From contig CAWGMQ010000005.1 of the NCBI GenBank assembly GCA_963823665.1, positions 192,001 through 256,000 on the forward strand: DNA of 64,000 nt. Direction: 5' to 3'. A program made the position numbers and the translations under genes. The notes under the pieces are model-generated. The model made no database searches, had not been told where the DNA came from, and saw nothing but the letters and a program-made list of their open reading frames with translations. The stretch comes from an uncultured Planctomycetota bacterium. GTDB lineage: Bacteria > Planctomycetota > Planctomycetia > Isosphaerales > Isosphaeraceae. Positions 21,001-30,312 of the stretch are shown piece after piece (within the stretch, counting starts at the first letter, position 1; each line of letters starts with the position of its first letter).

Positions 21001-21209
21001 TCCAGAGTCCCCAGCACAAGAGCGGCATGTTCACACTGGCACTCACCGAGGGCCTGGAGGGAAAGGCGTCAAAGTCGGATGAGGGTGTCGTTTACCTGGA
21101 TGCCCTCGAGCGGTACATTGCCGAGCGCGTTCGGCAACTAAGTGAAGGTAAACAGCACCCACTGATGTTTCACCCTACAATCCGAGACATTCCACTGACG
21201 AAGCCGTAA
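18002..21209 (+). CDS. Exported WD40-repeat / Ig-like / caspase-family (peptidase C14) protein B; frameshift at ~18110
   Basis: Signal peptide (…FCFVASASA) in the 18002 frame joins LILPLGH after one extra A (the paralog reads ELILPLGH); 14 WD40 repeats; FFAGHG and LDACHSG intact. Confidence 0.87.
18126..19860 (+). repeat. Tandem array of 126-bp (42-aa) WD40 units: 13 near-identical plus 1 divergent
   Basis: Unit GHTxxVxSVALSGDGKRxLTGSxDxTAILWDTETxKPIQTFK recurs every 126 nt. Confidence 0.95.
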
Positions 21210-21277
21210 AGTTGTGTTCGAGTGGCGCACCGGTTAGCACTGCCGCACCAATCAGAGCGACTGCTGGCGAATACGTC

Positions 21278-22246
21278 ATGAATTTGAGAATGATCCGATC
21301 AACCGCCACGAAATGGTTGGAGCGAAAGCTCTGGCGGCATGTTCTCTTCCTCGGCGCTGCGGGCATCCTCTTGGCCGGCGTCAGCGTCTTCAAGGGCTGG
21401 ATGCACCGGCAGGTGGGTTTCGATGCGGAAGGCAAGCCCTTCGACGTCGCGGAGAAGCGCCTGGAGCCGCAATCGCCGGCGCCCTCCCAGCCCAGGGGGC
21501 GGCGACCAGTTTCCGAGGGGGCTGCTCTCCGCCTGATCTTGGACGACCTCGAGCGCCGGGACGAAGAACGGCGACCACATCTTCGTTACCTCACCCTCGC
21601 GCACCGCAACAACGACCCGACGTGTGCCGACAGCGAGCTCGATGCCGATCGCGCTGCGGTGCGCGAGATGGTCGTGTTCATTTCGCGCGGCCATTCGACA
21701 CGCTCGGATTTCATCGATCCCGAGCAGCTCGTCTTTCGTCTCGACCTCGAAGACCTCGATTGGAGCGGCGAGACGGACTGGCACCTGGTTACGTCGGTCT
21801 ATCGATACGGGCTGACCGGTACCGGAAACGACACACTGTCGGAGCTTCGGAAAAAGGTGCAGGAGCTCACCCAGGATCCGATCCCGGCGCTGCGGGCCGA
21901 CTGGTTCGTCGTCGCCCTCACGCGCGGGCCACTGGCCGGCCCGAGCGGGGTCGTTCGCATCCCAACAAATGAGTTACCCGAGTCGGTCCGCATGCTTTCT
22001 CAGCGCTACGCCAGTGAAACCGTCGACCTCGCCACCTGCGCTTCCGAGGAAGGCCTCACCGATCCACAAGTATTGGCGGATCTGATCCAGCGAACGCCGA
22101 ATCTTCAGCAAGAATTCGGAATCGCCCCGCTGCTCCGCGGCGAGCGAATCCGCCGCGAGTGGTGGGAATCCGACCGCAACCTCTTTTCCCCGTACCAGGA
22201 AGTCGCGCGACTTCTGAAGATCGGCAAGCCGGTTCGCGTCCAATAG
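21278..22246 (+). CDS. Membrane-anchored/exported protein homologous to the kinase ectodomain
   Basis: N-terminal TM; LILDDLER..RPHLRYLTL, FRLDLEDLDW, Y.YG, LRADWFV...RGPL parallel the kinase C-terminus (LLHDDLER..RPHHRYFSL, LRVDLRDLDW, PYG, VRADWFI...RGPL). Confidence 0.8.
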   Translation: MNLRMIRSTATKWLERKLWRHVLFLGAAGILLAGVSVFKGWMHRQVGFDAEGKPFDVAEKRLEPQSPAPSQPRGRRPVSEGAALRLILDDLERRDEERRPHLRYLTLAHRNNDPTCADSELDADRAAVREMVVFISRGHSTRSDFIDPEQLVFRLDLEDLDWSGETDWHLVTSVYRYGLTGTGNDTLSELRKKVQELTQDPIPALRADWFVVALTRGPLAGPSGVVRIPTNELPESVRMLSQRYASETVDLATCASEEGLTDPQVLADLIQRTPNLQQEFGIAPLLRGERIRREWWESDRNLFSPYQEVARLLKIGKPVRVQ

Positions 22247-22291
22247 GCTGTCCCCCGTGGTTCGATTCTCCGCGAATGAATCGCACCAAAC

Positions 22292-23395
22292 TCACGGATC
22301 AGCGAGACCCGCGTGCTCCCACTTCAGCTTGACCTTGAGTGAATTCAGCGTCCTGTTGTAGTTGAGCAACCGGTCATGTTGCAGACGGCCGACGACGATG
22401 CCGGGGGCAATGCCGACCTCCGCCGCAAAAGCACACAGCACATCTTCCCGGTCGTAATCTAACGTTAAGAGCCGCTTGAAATGAACATCAGGGATCAATG
22501 TTTTTGAGGCGAACTCGTTTGCCTCCCGCTCACTGTCATTTCCGTCCCCTTTGAAGTCGTCCAGGAATGTCTTCTTCTTCCCATGCAGGACGATATGACC
22601 CAGTTCGTGAAAGAAGCTAAACCATAGATGATCGTTGGTACAGAAGCGAAGACTGAGCTGAATCACGGCCTTATCACCCAGCCAAAACGCCGCGCCGGAA
22701 ACACAGCTCCCTTGCAGATGGGGAACAAAGACGACGGCGACGCCGAGTGAAGCGCACAGGCTCATCAGCCTTGGCACGAACTCCTCGGGCGGCAGCAACG
22801 AGAATGCGCGAATCTCTTTCAGAGCGACCTTCAATCCTTTGCCATTGAATGAGTCGGTTTCAACCTCAGCCGCTTCCAGTTCACCCTTTCTCAACCATGC
22901 TGCCAGCGCATACGGGCTGGCTTGTTTAATGAGCGACTTCCGGAACGCCGGTGCCTGAACCGTCGTTTTATTGAGCTGTGAGAAGGCGGCGATGCCGAAG
23001 TAGCTTAGTAGCCGGCGAGCCTGTTCCGAGGGGTTCGCTGCCTTCTCCAGCCAGCCAAGTTTGATCATCTCACGAAGAGGGAACTTCTTCAGGGCTTCGG
23101 CCTCCTCCCGAAGTCTCCCGTTGCCGCTGATCCGCTTCTGGGTCAGTTGGTAATTCCTCTCCAGATTCAGCCAAAAGATCGCCGGCAATCCTAGCACCAA
23201 TTCCAGCTCGAGCGAGGTCTCCTCGGTAATTGCGCGCTTACCATGGAGAATCTCGTTGACCTTGTTGGCAGGACGCTTCATCCGCTGTGCCAGTTCCGCC
23301 TGCGTCATTCCTTTCGCGGCAAGCATCTCAAGGATCGTAGCGCCGGGCGGGTTCGCCACGTCCGGCATGTACTCGCGCGGCTTGATTCTAGCCAT
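22292..23395 (-). CDS. HigA-type XRE HTH fused to ImmA/IrrE (M78) metallopeptidase
   Basis: PPGATILEML...MTQAELAQRM......NEILHGKRAIT...FWLNLE; FSFFHELGHIVLH; EREANEFA. Confidence 0.9.
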   Translation of the reverse strand: MARIKPREYMPDVANPPGATILEMLAAKGMTQAELAQRMKRPANKVNEILHGKRAITEETSLELELVLGLPAIFWLNLERNYQLTQKRISGNGRLREEAEALKKFPLREMIKLGWLEKAANPSEQARRLLSYFGIAAFSQLNKTTVQAPAFRKSLIKQASPYALAAWLRKGELEAAEVETDSFNGKGLKVALKEIRAFSLLPPEEFVPRLMSLCASLGVAVVFVPHLQGSCVSGAAFWLGDKAVIQLSLRFCTNDHLWFSFFHELGHIVLHGKKKTFLDDFKGDGNDSEREANEFASKTLIPDVHFKRLLTLDYDREDVLCAFAAEVGIAPGIVVGRLQHDRLLNYNRTLNSLKVKLKWEHAGLADP

Positions 23396-23782
23396 CGTGA
23401 TTGTCGGCTCTCCTCGCATATCTTTTGAAGCTTGGCGTTCGCGTACCCGATCTCCATCGGAGTGGTAATCCTTTTCTTTTACCCCAAGAGTCAAGATTTT
23501 TTTCTTTACCCTTGAGGTCATACGAAATCTCGCCATTATAGAGTCTAGTCCGATGGTCAGATCTCTTCAAGCCGTGGCTCCAGCATTCTCGATAGGGCCG
23601 CTCTACGTGTGAGCCTGGGCGACACGGCGCCGCAGACAACCATGCAGCATCTGACACGGGCGGATTCTCGCGGCAGCTACTGAGACGCCCGAGGCGATGA
23701 GCTGGATGGCAGGCTTGCCAAGGCGAGCGCAATGGTGGAACAATACGACAGAGCACCATAAACGGAATGAACGAGGAGCGAA

Positions 23783-24013
23783 ATGAACGGACTTCAGGGC
23801 ACGACTAAGAACGGCCAGATTATTCTCGACGCCCCGGCCACGCTGCCCGAAGGCACCCGAGTGGAGGTTCTGCCGATCCGGGTGGCTCGGCCCACGCTGG
23901 GCATGCGCGAGGAAGATTGGCCGACGACACAGGAGGGGATCGCGGCCTCGTTGGCCCGGATGGACGAAGTCGAGCCGGGATGTCCGCGAAAGTCGATTCG
24001 GAGGAACGCATGA
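23783..24013 (+). CDS. Small antitoxin-like protein (AF2212/DUF104-like N-terminus), probably truncated
   Basis: GAGGAG RBS; GTTKNGQIILDAPATLPEGTRVEV beta motif. Confidence 0.5.
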   Translation: MNGLQGTTKNGQIILDAPATLPEGTRVEVLPIRVARPTLGMREEDWPTTQEGIAASLARMDEVEPGCPRKSIRRNA

Positions 24014-24336
24014 TCTCATCGAAAAGTTACGTGGAGCAGGATTCCCAGGGCGCGCTGCGGGTGGGCCTGCCCGGCATTTCTCTCGACTCCGTCGTCATCG
24101 CCTTCCAGCAGGGACACTCCCCGGAAACAATTCAGCAGCTCTATCCTGCTCTGAGCTTGGAAGAGGTGTATGGAGCGATCGCCTTCTACCTCGCCAATCG
24201 GGATAAGGTCGATCAATACCTGGAGCGGCAGGAACAGCGCTGGGATCAAGTCCGCGAGCGCGCTGCGCAGAATCCAAGCGAGGTGGTGCAACGGCTTCGT
24301 GCGCTCAGCAAGGTCCACGGCCCGGCGGCAACATGA
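24010..24336 (+). CDS. DUF433-domain antitoxin-like protein
   Basis: RV....ISLDSVVIAFQQGHSPETIQQLYPALSLEEVYGAIAFYLAN; GAGGA RBS. Confidence 0.88.
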   Translation: MISSKSYVEQDSQGALRVGLPGISLDSVVIAFQQGHSPETIQQLYPALSLEEVYGAIAFYLANRDKVDQYLERQEQRWDQVRERAAQNPSEVVQRLRALSKVHGPAAT

Positions 24337-24470
24337 GCCGACCACGCTTCTGGCCGAAAATGACCTGAACAACGCCATCGTCGTTGACGTATCGAGAGCT
24401 TGCTTCAGATCTGGGCGGCAAGTGAGGCGGACCAATGGGCCGGCCACGTCGAGTTTCTGCCGCTTTGTCG
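24333..24470 (+). pseudogene. DUF5615/PIN-like toxin remnant (N- and C-termini only)
   Basis: ATGA-coupled MSRPRF/LAENDLNNAIV, then almost immediately IESLLQIWAASEADQWAGHVEFLPL; the middle is missing and frames are broken. Confidence 0.65.
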
Positions 24471-24540
24471 CACGTCCATCGGGTCGACGACGAATCGCTC
24501 CTGGCCACCTGCGCTTACATTGATCCGAACTCTTCGGCGC

Positions 24541-24607
24541 CGGCATCGTCCAAGGCCCCACCGATGCCGACAAACCACTGACAACCGACAACTCATAACC
24601 GACAACT
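24541..24607. repeat. Hairpin CGGCATCG/CGATGCCG followed by degenerate heptamer repeats (ACAACCG-like)
   Basis: Directly visible in the sequence. Confidence 0.55.
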
Positions 24608-24772
24608 TCCCACCCACCTTGCTGGTCTCCTACAAGTTGTGGTAGTCTCACCTACGACAAGATGTAGTAATCGAGCAACCCCACCCCCGAGGAGTGCGAT
24701 CACTCTCCCGCATCCAATGCGTCATGTCTCGTGTGATCTCAGCAAATCTTCCTCACCCAGGAGCAAGCCCGC

Positions 24773-25912
24773 ATGGTCCGCCGCATCTTCTTCTGTTGCC
24801 TCGCGCAGTTCTGGATGGGTTGCTGGGCGTTTGGACAAGCCGCCAAGGGCCAAGAGCCATCGGCTTTGGCTCCGTCCGCCATAGACTCGAAATACCGCAA
24901 GCTTGATGAGCTGATTTCCATCTTGCGCAAACGCAACGAGGAGCAGTACGCGGTCTCGTCCCCCAAGGCCATTTCCGAGTCAAGCTATGTCAGCATCGGC
25001 GGGATCGAACAATGGGTCACGATTCACGGGCAGGATCGTGATAACCCCGTTCTGCTGTTCTTGCACGGCGGGCCCGGTGACGTAACCAGTCCCTGGTCGT
25101 ATGCCCTGTTTGCCCCGTGGGAGAGGCATTTCGCGGTGGTGCAATGGGATGAGCGAGGCTCCGGCAGAACTCTCGGAAAAAACGGACCAGGGATTGCGCC
25201 GACAATCACGGTGGACCGTCTCGTGCAAGACGGCATCGAGTTGACGAACTATCTGCGCAAGCATCTCCACAAGGAAAAGATCACACTGGTCGCGCATTCC
25301 TTCGGTACAGTCCTCGGCGTGCGCATGGCCCGGGCAAAACCGGAGCTCTTCGACGCGTACGTCGGCACCGCCCAGGTCTCGGATTTTCCGAGCAAGAACT
25401 CGACCGCCACCTACGAAGCCCTGCTGAAAAAAGCGAAGGACCTGGGCGATCAGCGGGCCATCGAGGAACTGAACGGCGTGGGTCCGCCGCCTTACGATTC
25501 CGGCCGTGGATACCGCGTGCAGTGGAAGTGGGCAAATGCGTTTGAGGGTGCTAATGGGTTCTTGGCCGGCACCCTGGGCCTTTTGCTCGTGGCTCCCGGC
25601 TACTCCGTGCAAGATCTCGAGAATATGGAGGACGGCCAAAGATTGAGCGCCGATCGTCTGGTGCCGCAGACGCAATCGATCGGGCCCGCGGAACTTGGTT
25701 TGGATTTCTCCATCCCGATGTTTGTTTTCCAAGGCGAAGAGGATTTGACAACCTCCACCGCGCTCGCTGAGCGCTATGTGCGAGCGATGAAAGCGCCTCG
25801 CAAAGAGTTCGTGCCCATCAAGGGCGGTGGCCACTTTGCCGTGTTCATGCGCTCCGACCAATTCCTGCACGAGCTCGTCACGCGGGTTCGCCCCCTGGCA
25901 GTCGGCAACTGA
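24773..25912 (+). CDS. Exported alpha/beta-fold hydrolase (proline iminopeptidase-like)
   Basis: LFLHGGPG, WDERGSG, nucleophile LVAHSFG, QGEED, GGHFA; signal-peptide-like N-terminus. Confidence 0.88.
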   Translation: MVRRIFFCCLAQFWMGCWAFGQAAKGQEPSALAPSAIDSKYRKLDELISILRKRNEEQYAVSSPKAISESSYVSIGGIEQWVTIHGQDRDNPVLLFLHGGPGDVTSPWSYALFAPWERHFAVVQWDERGSGRTLGKNGPGIAPTITVDRLVQDGIELTNYLRKHLHKEKITLVAHSFGTVLGVRMARAKPELFDAYVGTAQVSDFPSKNSTATYEALLKKAKDLGDQRAIEELNGVGPPPYDSGRGYRVQWKWANAFEGANGFLAGTLGLLLVAPGYSVQDLENMEDGQRLSADRLVPQTQSIGPAELGLDFSIPMFVFQGEEDLTTSTALAERYVRAMKAPRKEFVPIKGGGHFAVFMRSDQFLHELVTRVRPLAVGN

Positions 25913-25960
25913 GGCACGGGTACGGCGTCCCCGAAACTCCATGCCCTGGCGGCCGTAGCG

Positions 25961-26635
25961 CTACACGCCACTTGGCCAAAACCACTTTCCGATGAGCCAA
26001 AACCGCGAGACCGGGAAGATGATGAGCAGTGAATACAGGCCGAGACCCTGGTAAAGGTCAGCGAGATTTCCAAAATAGCTGTGGTGCCTGAGGCCACAGT
26101 ACAAGCACAGGTAGCGCAATGCCCCTTCGACGTAGTAGATGTCGCGCACGGCGCCGGTCACCATCCGCTCCAGGATGTTGCACAGCCCGCCGGCAAATGC
26201 GAGCGACATCGCACTCAGCCACCATCGATCGAGCCACCGTAGCGAGAACCGGAAGAAAAGCGGCGGCACGGCGAACACAAGCGACACGGCGACGAGTGAG
26301 ACACAATCGAGCCACAACGGCCGGGGCATCTCGTGCAACAAAGACGCGATTTGCAGATTGGGCAGCAGCCGCGGGCCGGGCGCCGACGGATTGAACAACA
26401 GCGCGTCCAGGCCGAAATTCAACGTGGTATCGAGCTTCCAAACCGCCGCGAAGTCAATCGGGCCTTCCGCGAGCGCCGCGATCGTCGCGAACTTCGCCTC
26501 GATGAAGGCAAGGTAATCGGATCGAAACGCCGCCAGCACGATCAGGAATGCGACCAACTGAAAGAACAGCGCGTCGCTGAACGAGGCCCACGCTCGCTTC
26601 CAGAATCCGACAAACGATACGCCGCTGACCTCCAT
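25961..26635 (-). CDS. Signal peptidase II (LspA/A8)-like membrane protein with RDD-like N-terminus
   Basis: AGGLCNILERMVTGAVRD...FGNLADLY mirrors LspA GGALGNLIDR..G.VVD...FNVAD; GFWKRAWA..SDAL is an RDD-type start. Confidence 0.6.
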   Translation of the reverse strand: MEVSGVSFVGFWKRAWASFSDALFFQLVAFLIVLAAFRSDYLAFIEAKFATIAALAEGPIDFAAVWKLDTTLNFGLDALLFNPSAPGPRLLPNLQIASLLHEMPRPLWLDCVSLVAVSLVFAVPPLFFRFSLRWLDRWWLSAMSLAFAGGLCNILERMVTGAVRDIYYVEGALRYLCLYCGLRHHSYFGNLADLYQGLGLYSLLIIFPVSRFWLIGKWFWPSGV

Positions 26636-26687
26636 ATCCGACCCCCTTATCGCCGCTGATTGTATCCCGGCGACCAAATGATCACAG
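26478..26687. repeat. ~205-bp direct repeat, copy 1 (copy 2 at 34131-34338)
   Basis: Near-identical DNA covering the 5' end and upstream region of the LspA-like gene. Confidence 0.9.
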
Positions 26688-26747
26688 TACACCGGCCGTT
26701 TATTCCGCGACGGCAAGGCCGTCATCAACGCCGAGCGCGACGTGATT

Positions 26748-26792
26748 GCCCTGAAAGGGCGCAACAACTCAGCCCCGGGCAACGCCCGGGGA
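26748..26792. repeat. REP-like double hairpin
   Basis: GCCCTGAAAGGGC-N-AGCCCCGGGCAACGCCCGGGG, the style of repeat associated with IS200/RAYT-type HUH transposases. Confidence 0.65.
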
Positions 26793-26902
26793 ATGCCCAG
26801 CGCACCCATCGAGTGACGATCGAACGTTTCCGACCGCTGGCAAGAGCCCGGCCGACCAAACCACCACCTCCAAGCCCGGATCACGATGCATGTCGTAGCT
26901 CT

Positions 26903-27130
26903 TCAGCCGCCCTTGCGAACCGACCGCTGAGCACGCTTGTGGATCGTCAGCATTCCCATCAGCGTCTTGCCCGATCCAGGCTCCGCGACGAGCATGCCCC
27001 GACGGGTTTCGTCGAGCATCTTGACCGCAGCCGCAATCACGTGGGCCTGCGGCTCAAACGGCTGGCGGGTCGCCTCGGAGAAGTCAGGCAGCGGATCCTG
27101 CCCCGGCGTGTGCAGGGGCTGCCGACGAAG
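26903..27130 (-). pseudogene. SF2 helicase N-terminal fragment (not in ORF track)
   Basis: Minus strand reads QPLHTPGQDPLPDFSEATRQPFEPQAHVIAAAVKMLDETRRGMLVAEPGSGKTLMGML (Q-motif + Walker A), bounded by stops. Confidence 0.65.
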
Positions 27131-27263
27131 GCTCCTGTTGCCCTCTCAAACATTGCCTGGCCGAAGGAATGTCGTCGGGGGGGGCAACCGCTTATACTGG
27201 TCGTAGCGAAATCCAAGAAATCGTTAGGTGTTATTACCTTATATTTGCAGACTCAGAGCTGGC

Positions 27264-30200
27264 ATGATGGAACGAAAACCGTTCGTCGAAGATATTCAAG
27301 ACTACGCCCAGAACATCGTTGACACGGTGCGCGAGCCCCTGCTCATCCTCGACGCCACGCTGCGCGTCCACTCCGCCAACCGCGCCTTCTACCACACGTT
27401 CCACGTCTCGCCCGTGGAGACCGAAGGCCACCTGATCTACGAGCTGGGCAACGGCCAGTGGGACATTCCCGACTTGCGCACCCTCCTCGAAGACATCGTC
27501 CCCAAGAGTTCCGTGTTCGACGACTTCGAGCTCGAGCACATCTTCCCGGTGATCGGCCGCAGGGTGATGCTCCTGAACGCCAGGAAGCTCCAAGCCGGCC
27601 ACCACGGCGAGCTGCTCGTCTTGGCCATGGGGGATGTTACCGAGCGCAAGCGGGCAGAAGAAGCGCTACTCAAAGCCGGGGCGTTGCAGAGCGCCATCTT
27701 CAACAGCGCCAACTTCTCGAGCATCGCCACCGACGAGAACGGCGTCATTCAAATCTTCAACGTCGGCGCCGAGCGCATGTTGGGCTACACGGCCGCCGAA
27801 GTGATGAACAAGATCACCCCGGCCGACATCTCCGACCCGCAGGAGGTGATTGCGCGTGCCGCCGCGCTCAGCCTGGAGCTCGCGACCCCGATTACCCCGG
27901 GCTTCGAAGCCCTCGTCTTCAAGGCCGCGCGCGGGATCGAAGACATATACGAGTTGACCTATATCCGCAAGGACGGCAGCCGATTCCCGGCCGTCGTCTC
28001 GGTCACGGCGCTGCGCGACGATCAAAGCGTCATCATTGGTTATCTGTTGATCGGCACCGATAATACCGCACGCAAGCGGGCGGAAGAGGCGTTACTCAAG
28101 GCAGGCGCCTTGCAGAACGCCATCTTCAACAGCGCCAACTTCTCGAGCATCGCCACCGACGAGAAAGGCGTCATTCAAATCTTCAACGTCGGCGCCGAGC
28201 GGATGCTGGGCTACGCGGCCATCGAGGTCGTGGACAGGATCACGCCGGCCGACATCTCCGATCCGCAGGAAGTGATCTCGCGCGCCAAAGCCTTGAGCGC
28301 CGAGCTCGCAGACCAAGATCACGCCGGGCTTTGAAGCGTTGGTTTTCAAGGCTTCGCGTGGGATCGAAGACATCTACGAGCTGACCTATATCCGCAAGGA
28401 CGGCAGCCGCTTTCCGGCCATCGTGTCGGTCACGGCGCTGCGCGAGGCACAAGGGGGAATCATCGGCTATCTGTTGATCGGCACCGATAATACCGCGCGC
28501 AAGCAGGTGGAAGCCGAGCGCATGCAGCTCGATCAGCGCGTGCGTGATCAACAATTCTACACGCGATCGCTTATCGAGTCCAACATTGACGCGCTGATAA
28601 CCACTGATCAACGCGGAATCATTACCGACGTGAACAAGCAGATGGAGGCGCTCACCGGCTGCACACGCGACGAGCTGATCGGTGCGCCGTTCAAGGATTA
28701 CTTCACCGACCCGGAGCGTGCCGAGGCCGGCATCAAACTGGTACTGGGCGAAAGCAAAGTCACCGACTACGAGCTTACCGCACGCGCCAGGGACGGCAAG
28801 GAAACCGTGGTGTCCTACAACGCGACGACCTTCCACGACCGCGACCGAAAGCTACAAGGGGTGTTCGCCGCCGCCCGCGACGTCACCGAGCGCAAACGTT
28901 ACGAGCAATCGTTGCAGCAAGCCAACCGCGCCAAGAGCGTCTTCCTTGCCAACATGTCGCACGAAATCCGCACCCCCATGAACGCCATCCTCGGGTTCTC
29001 CCAGCTCATGCTCCGCGACCAGGACCTCACCCCCCGGCAGGGCCAGTACCTCGGGACGATCAACCGCAGCGGCGAGCATTTGTTGGCCCTGATCAACGAC
29101 ATCCTGGAGATGTCCAAGATAGAGGCGGGCCGCACGACGCTGAACCCCACCACGTTTGACCTGCCCGCCCTGCTAGCCGACCTGGAGATGATGTTCCGCG
29201 TCCGGACGGATGAGAAGAAGTTATCGTTCTCGGTGGAGGCGATCGACGGCGTCCCTCAGTTCATCGTGACGGACATCAACAAGCTGCGTCAGGTCTTCAT
29301 CAACGTTCTGGGCAACGCCGTCAAGTTTACCGAGGAAGGCGGCATCGTCGTGCGCGTGCGCGTGGACCGCGCGGGCGCGACGGGCCCTTCCCTCCGGGTC
29401 GAAGTCGAGGACACGGGCCCAGGCATCTCGTCCGACGATCAGGACAAGTTGTTCCGGCATTTCGAGCAGACCAAGACCGGGCAACAGGCGGGGACCGGTA
29501 CGGGGTTGGGACTCGCAATCAGCCGCGAGTTCGTTCGCCTGATGGGGGGCGACATCACGGTGAGCAGCCAGGTTGGCAGTGGCAGCGTTTTCGCCATCGT
29601 CCTGCCTTTGAAGGAGGGCGAGGCCCAGGCGGTTCAAGCCAAAGACAACCCCCGGCACGTCCTGAGGCTCCAACCCGGCCAGGCGACGTGCCGCGTGCTG
29701 ATCGCCGATGACATCGAGGATAACCGCCAGCTACTTGCGCAGCTTCTAGCCCCGGTCGGTTTCGAGATCCGGCTGGCGACCAACGGAGCGGAAGCCGTCG
29801 AGGAGTTTGAGAAATGGCGGCCCCATCTGATCCTGATGGATTTCCGCATGCCCGTGATGGACGGACATGAGGCGATCCGTCGGATCCGGGCCTCCGTCGG
29901 CGGCAACGACCCAAAGATCATCGCCGTCACCGCCAGCGCGATGTACGACAACCGCCAGGAGTTGATGGAGATCGGCGCCGACGATTTTATCGGCAAGCCG
30001 TTCCGGGACATCGAGCTGTTCCAGAAGATCCACATCCATTTGGGCGTGGGCTACGTCTACGCTGAGGACCCCACAGCCGCGGCCCAGGAGAAGGTGGCCG
30101 AGCTCACACCCGAGTCCCTGGCGGGCTGGCCGCGAGACATCATCGACCCGATGCGTGAAGCCGTCGTCACAGCGGATCTGGACCAGTTGCTGGCAAGGAT

Positions 30201-30312
30201 TCAGAACGTTGAAGACAGCGAGCCCCGCATTGCTCAGGGGCTGCGCCGCCTGGCCGAGGGCTTCCAGTATCAGAAACTTCTGGATCTCTTCAGCACGGGG
30301 AGTACCCATTGA
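27264..30312 (+). CDS. Multi-PAS hybrid sensor histidine kinase (4 PAS-HisKA-HATPase-REC); frameshift at ~28310
   Basis: FLANMSHEIRTPMN, NAVKFT, DTGPG, GTGLGL, REC LILMD; two PAS domains are a 426-bp near-duplicate, and comparing them shows one extra base at ~28310. Confidence 0.9.
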
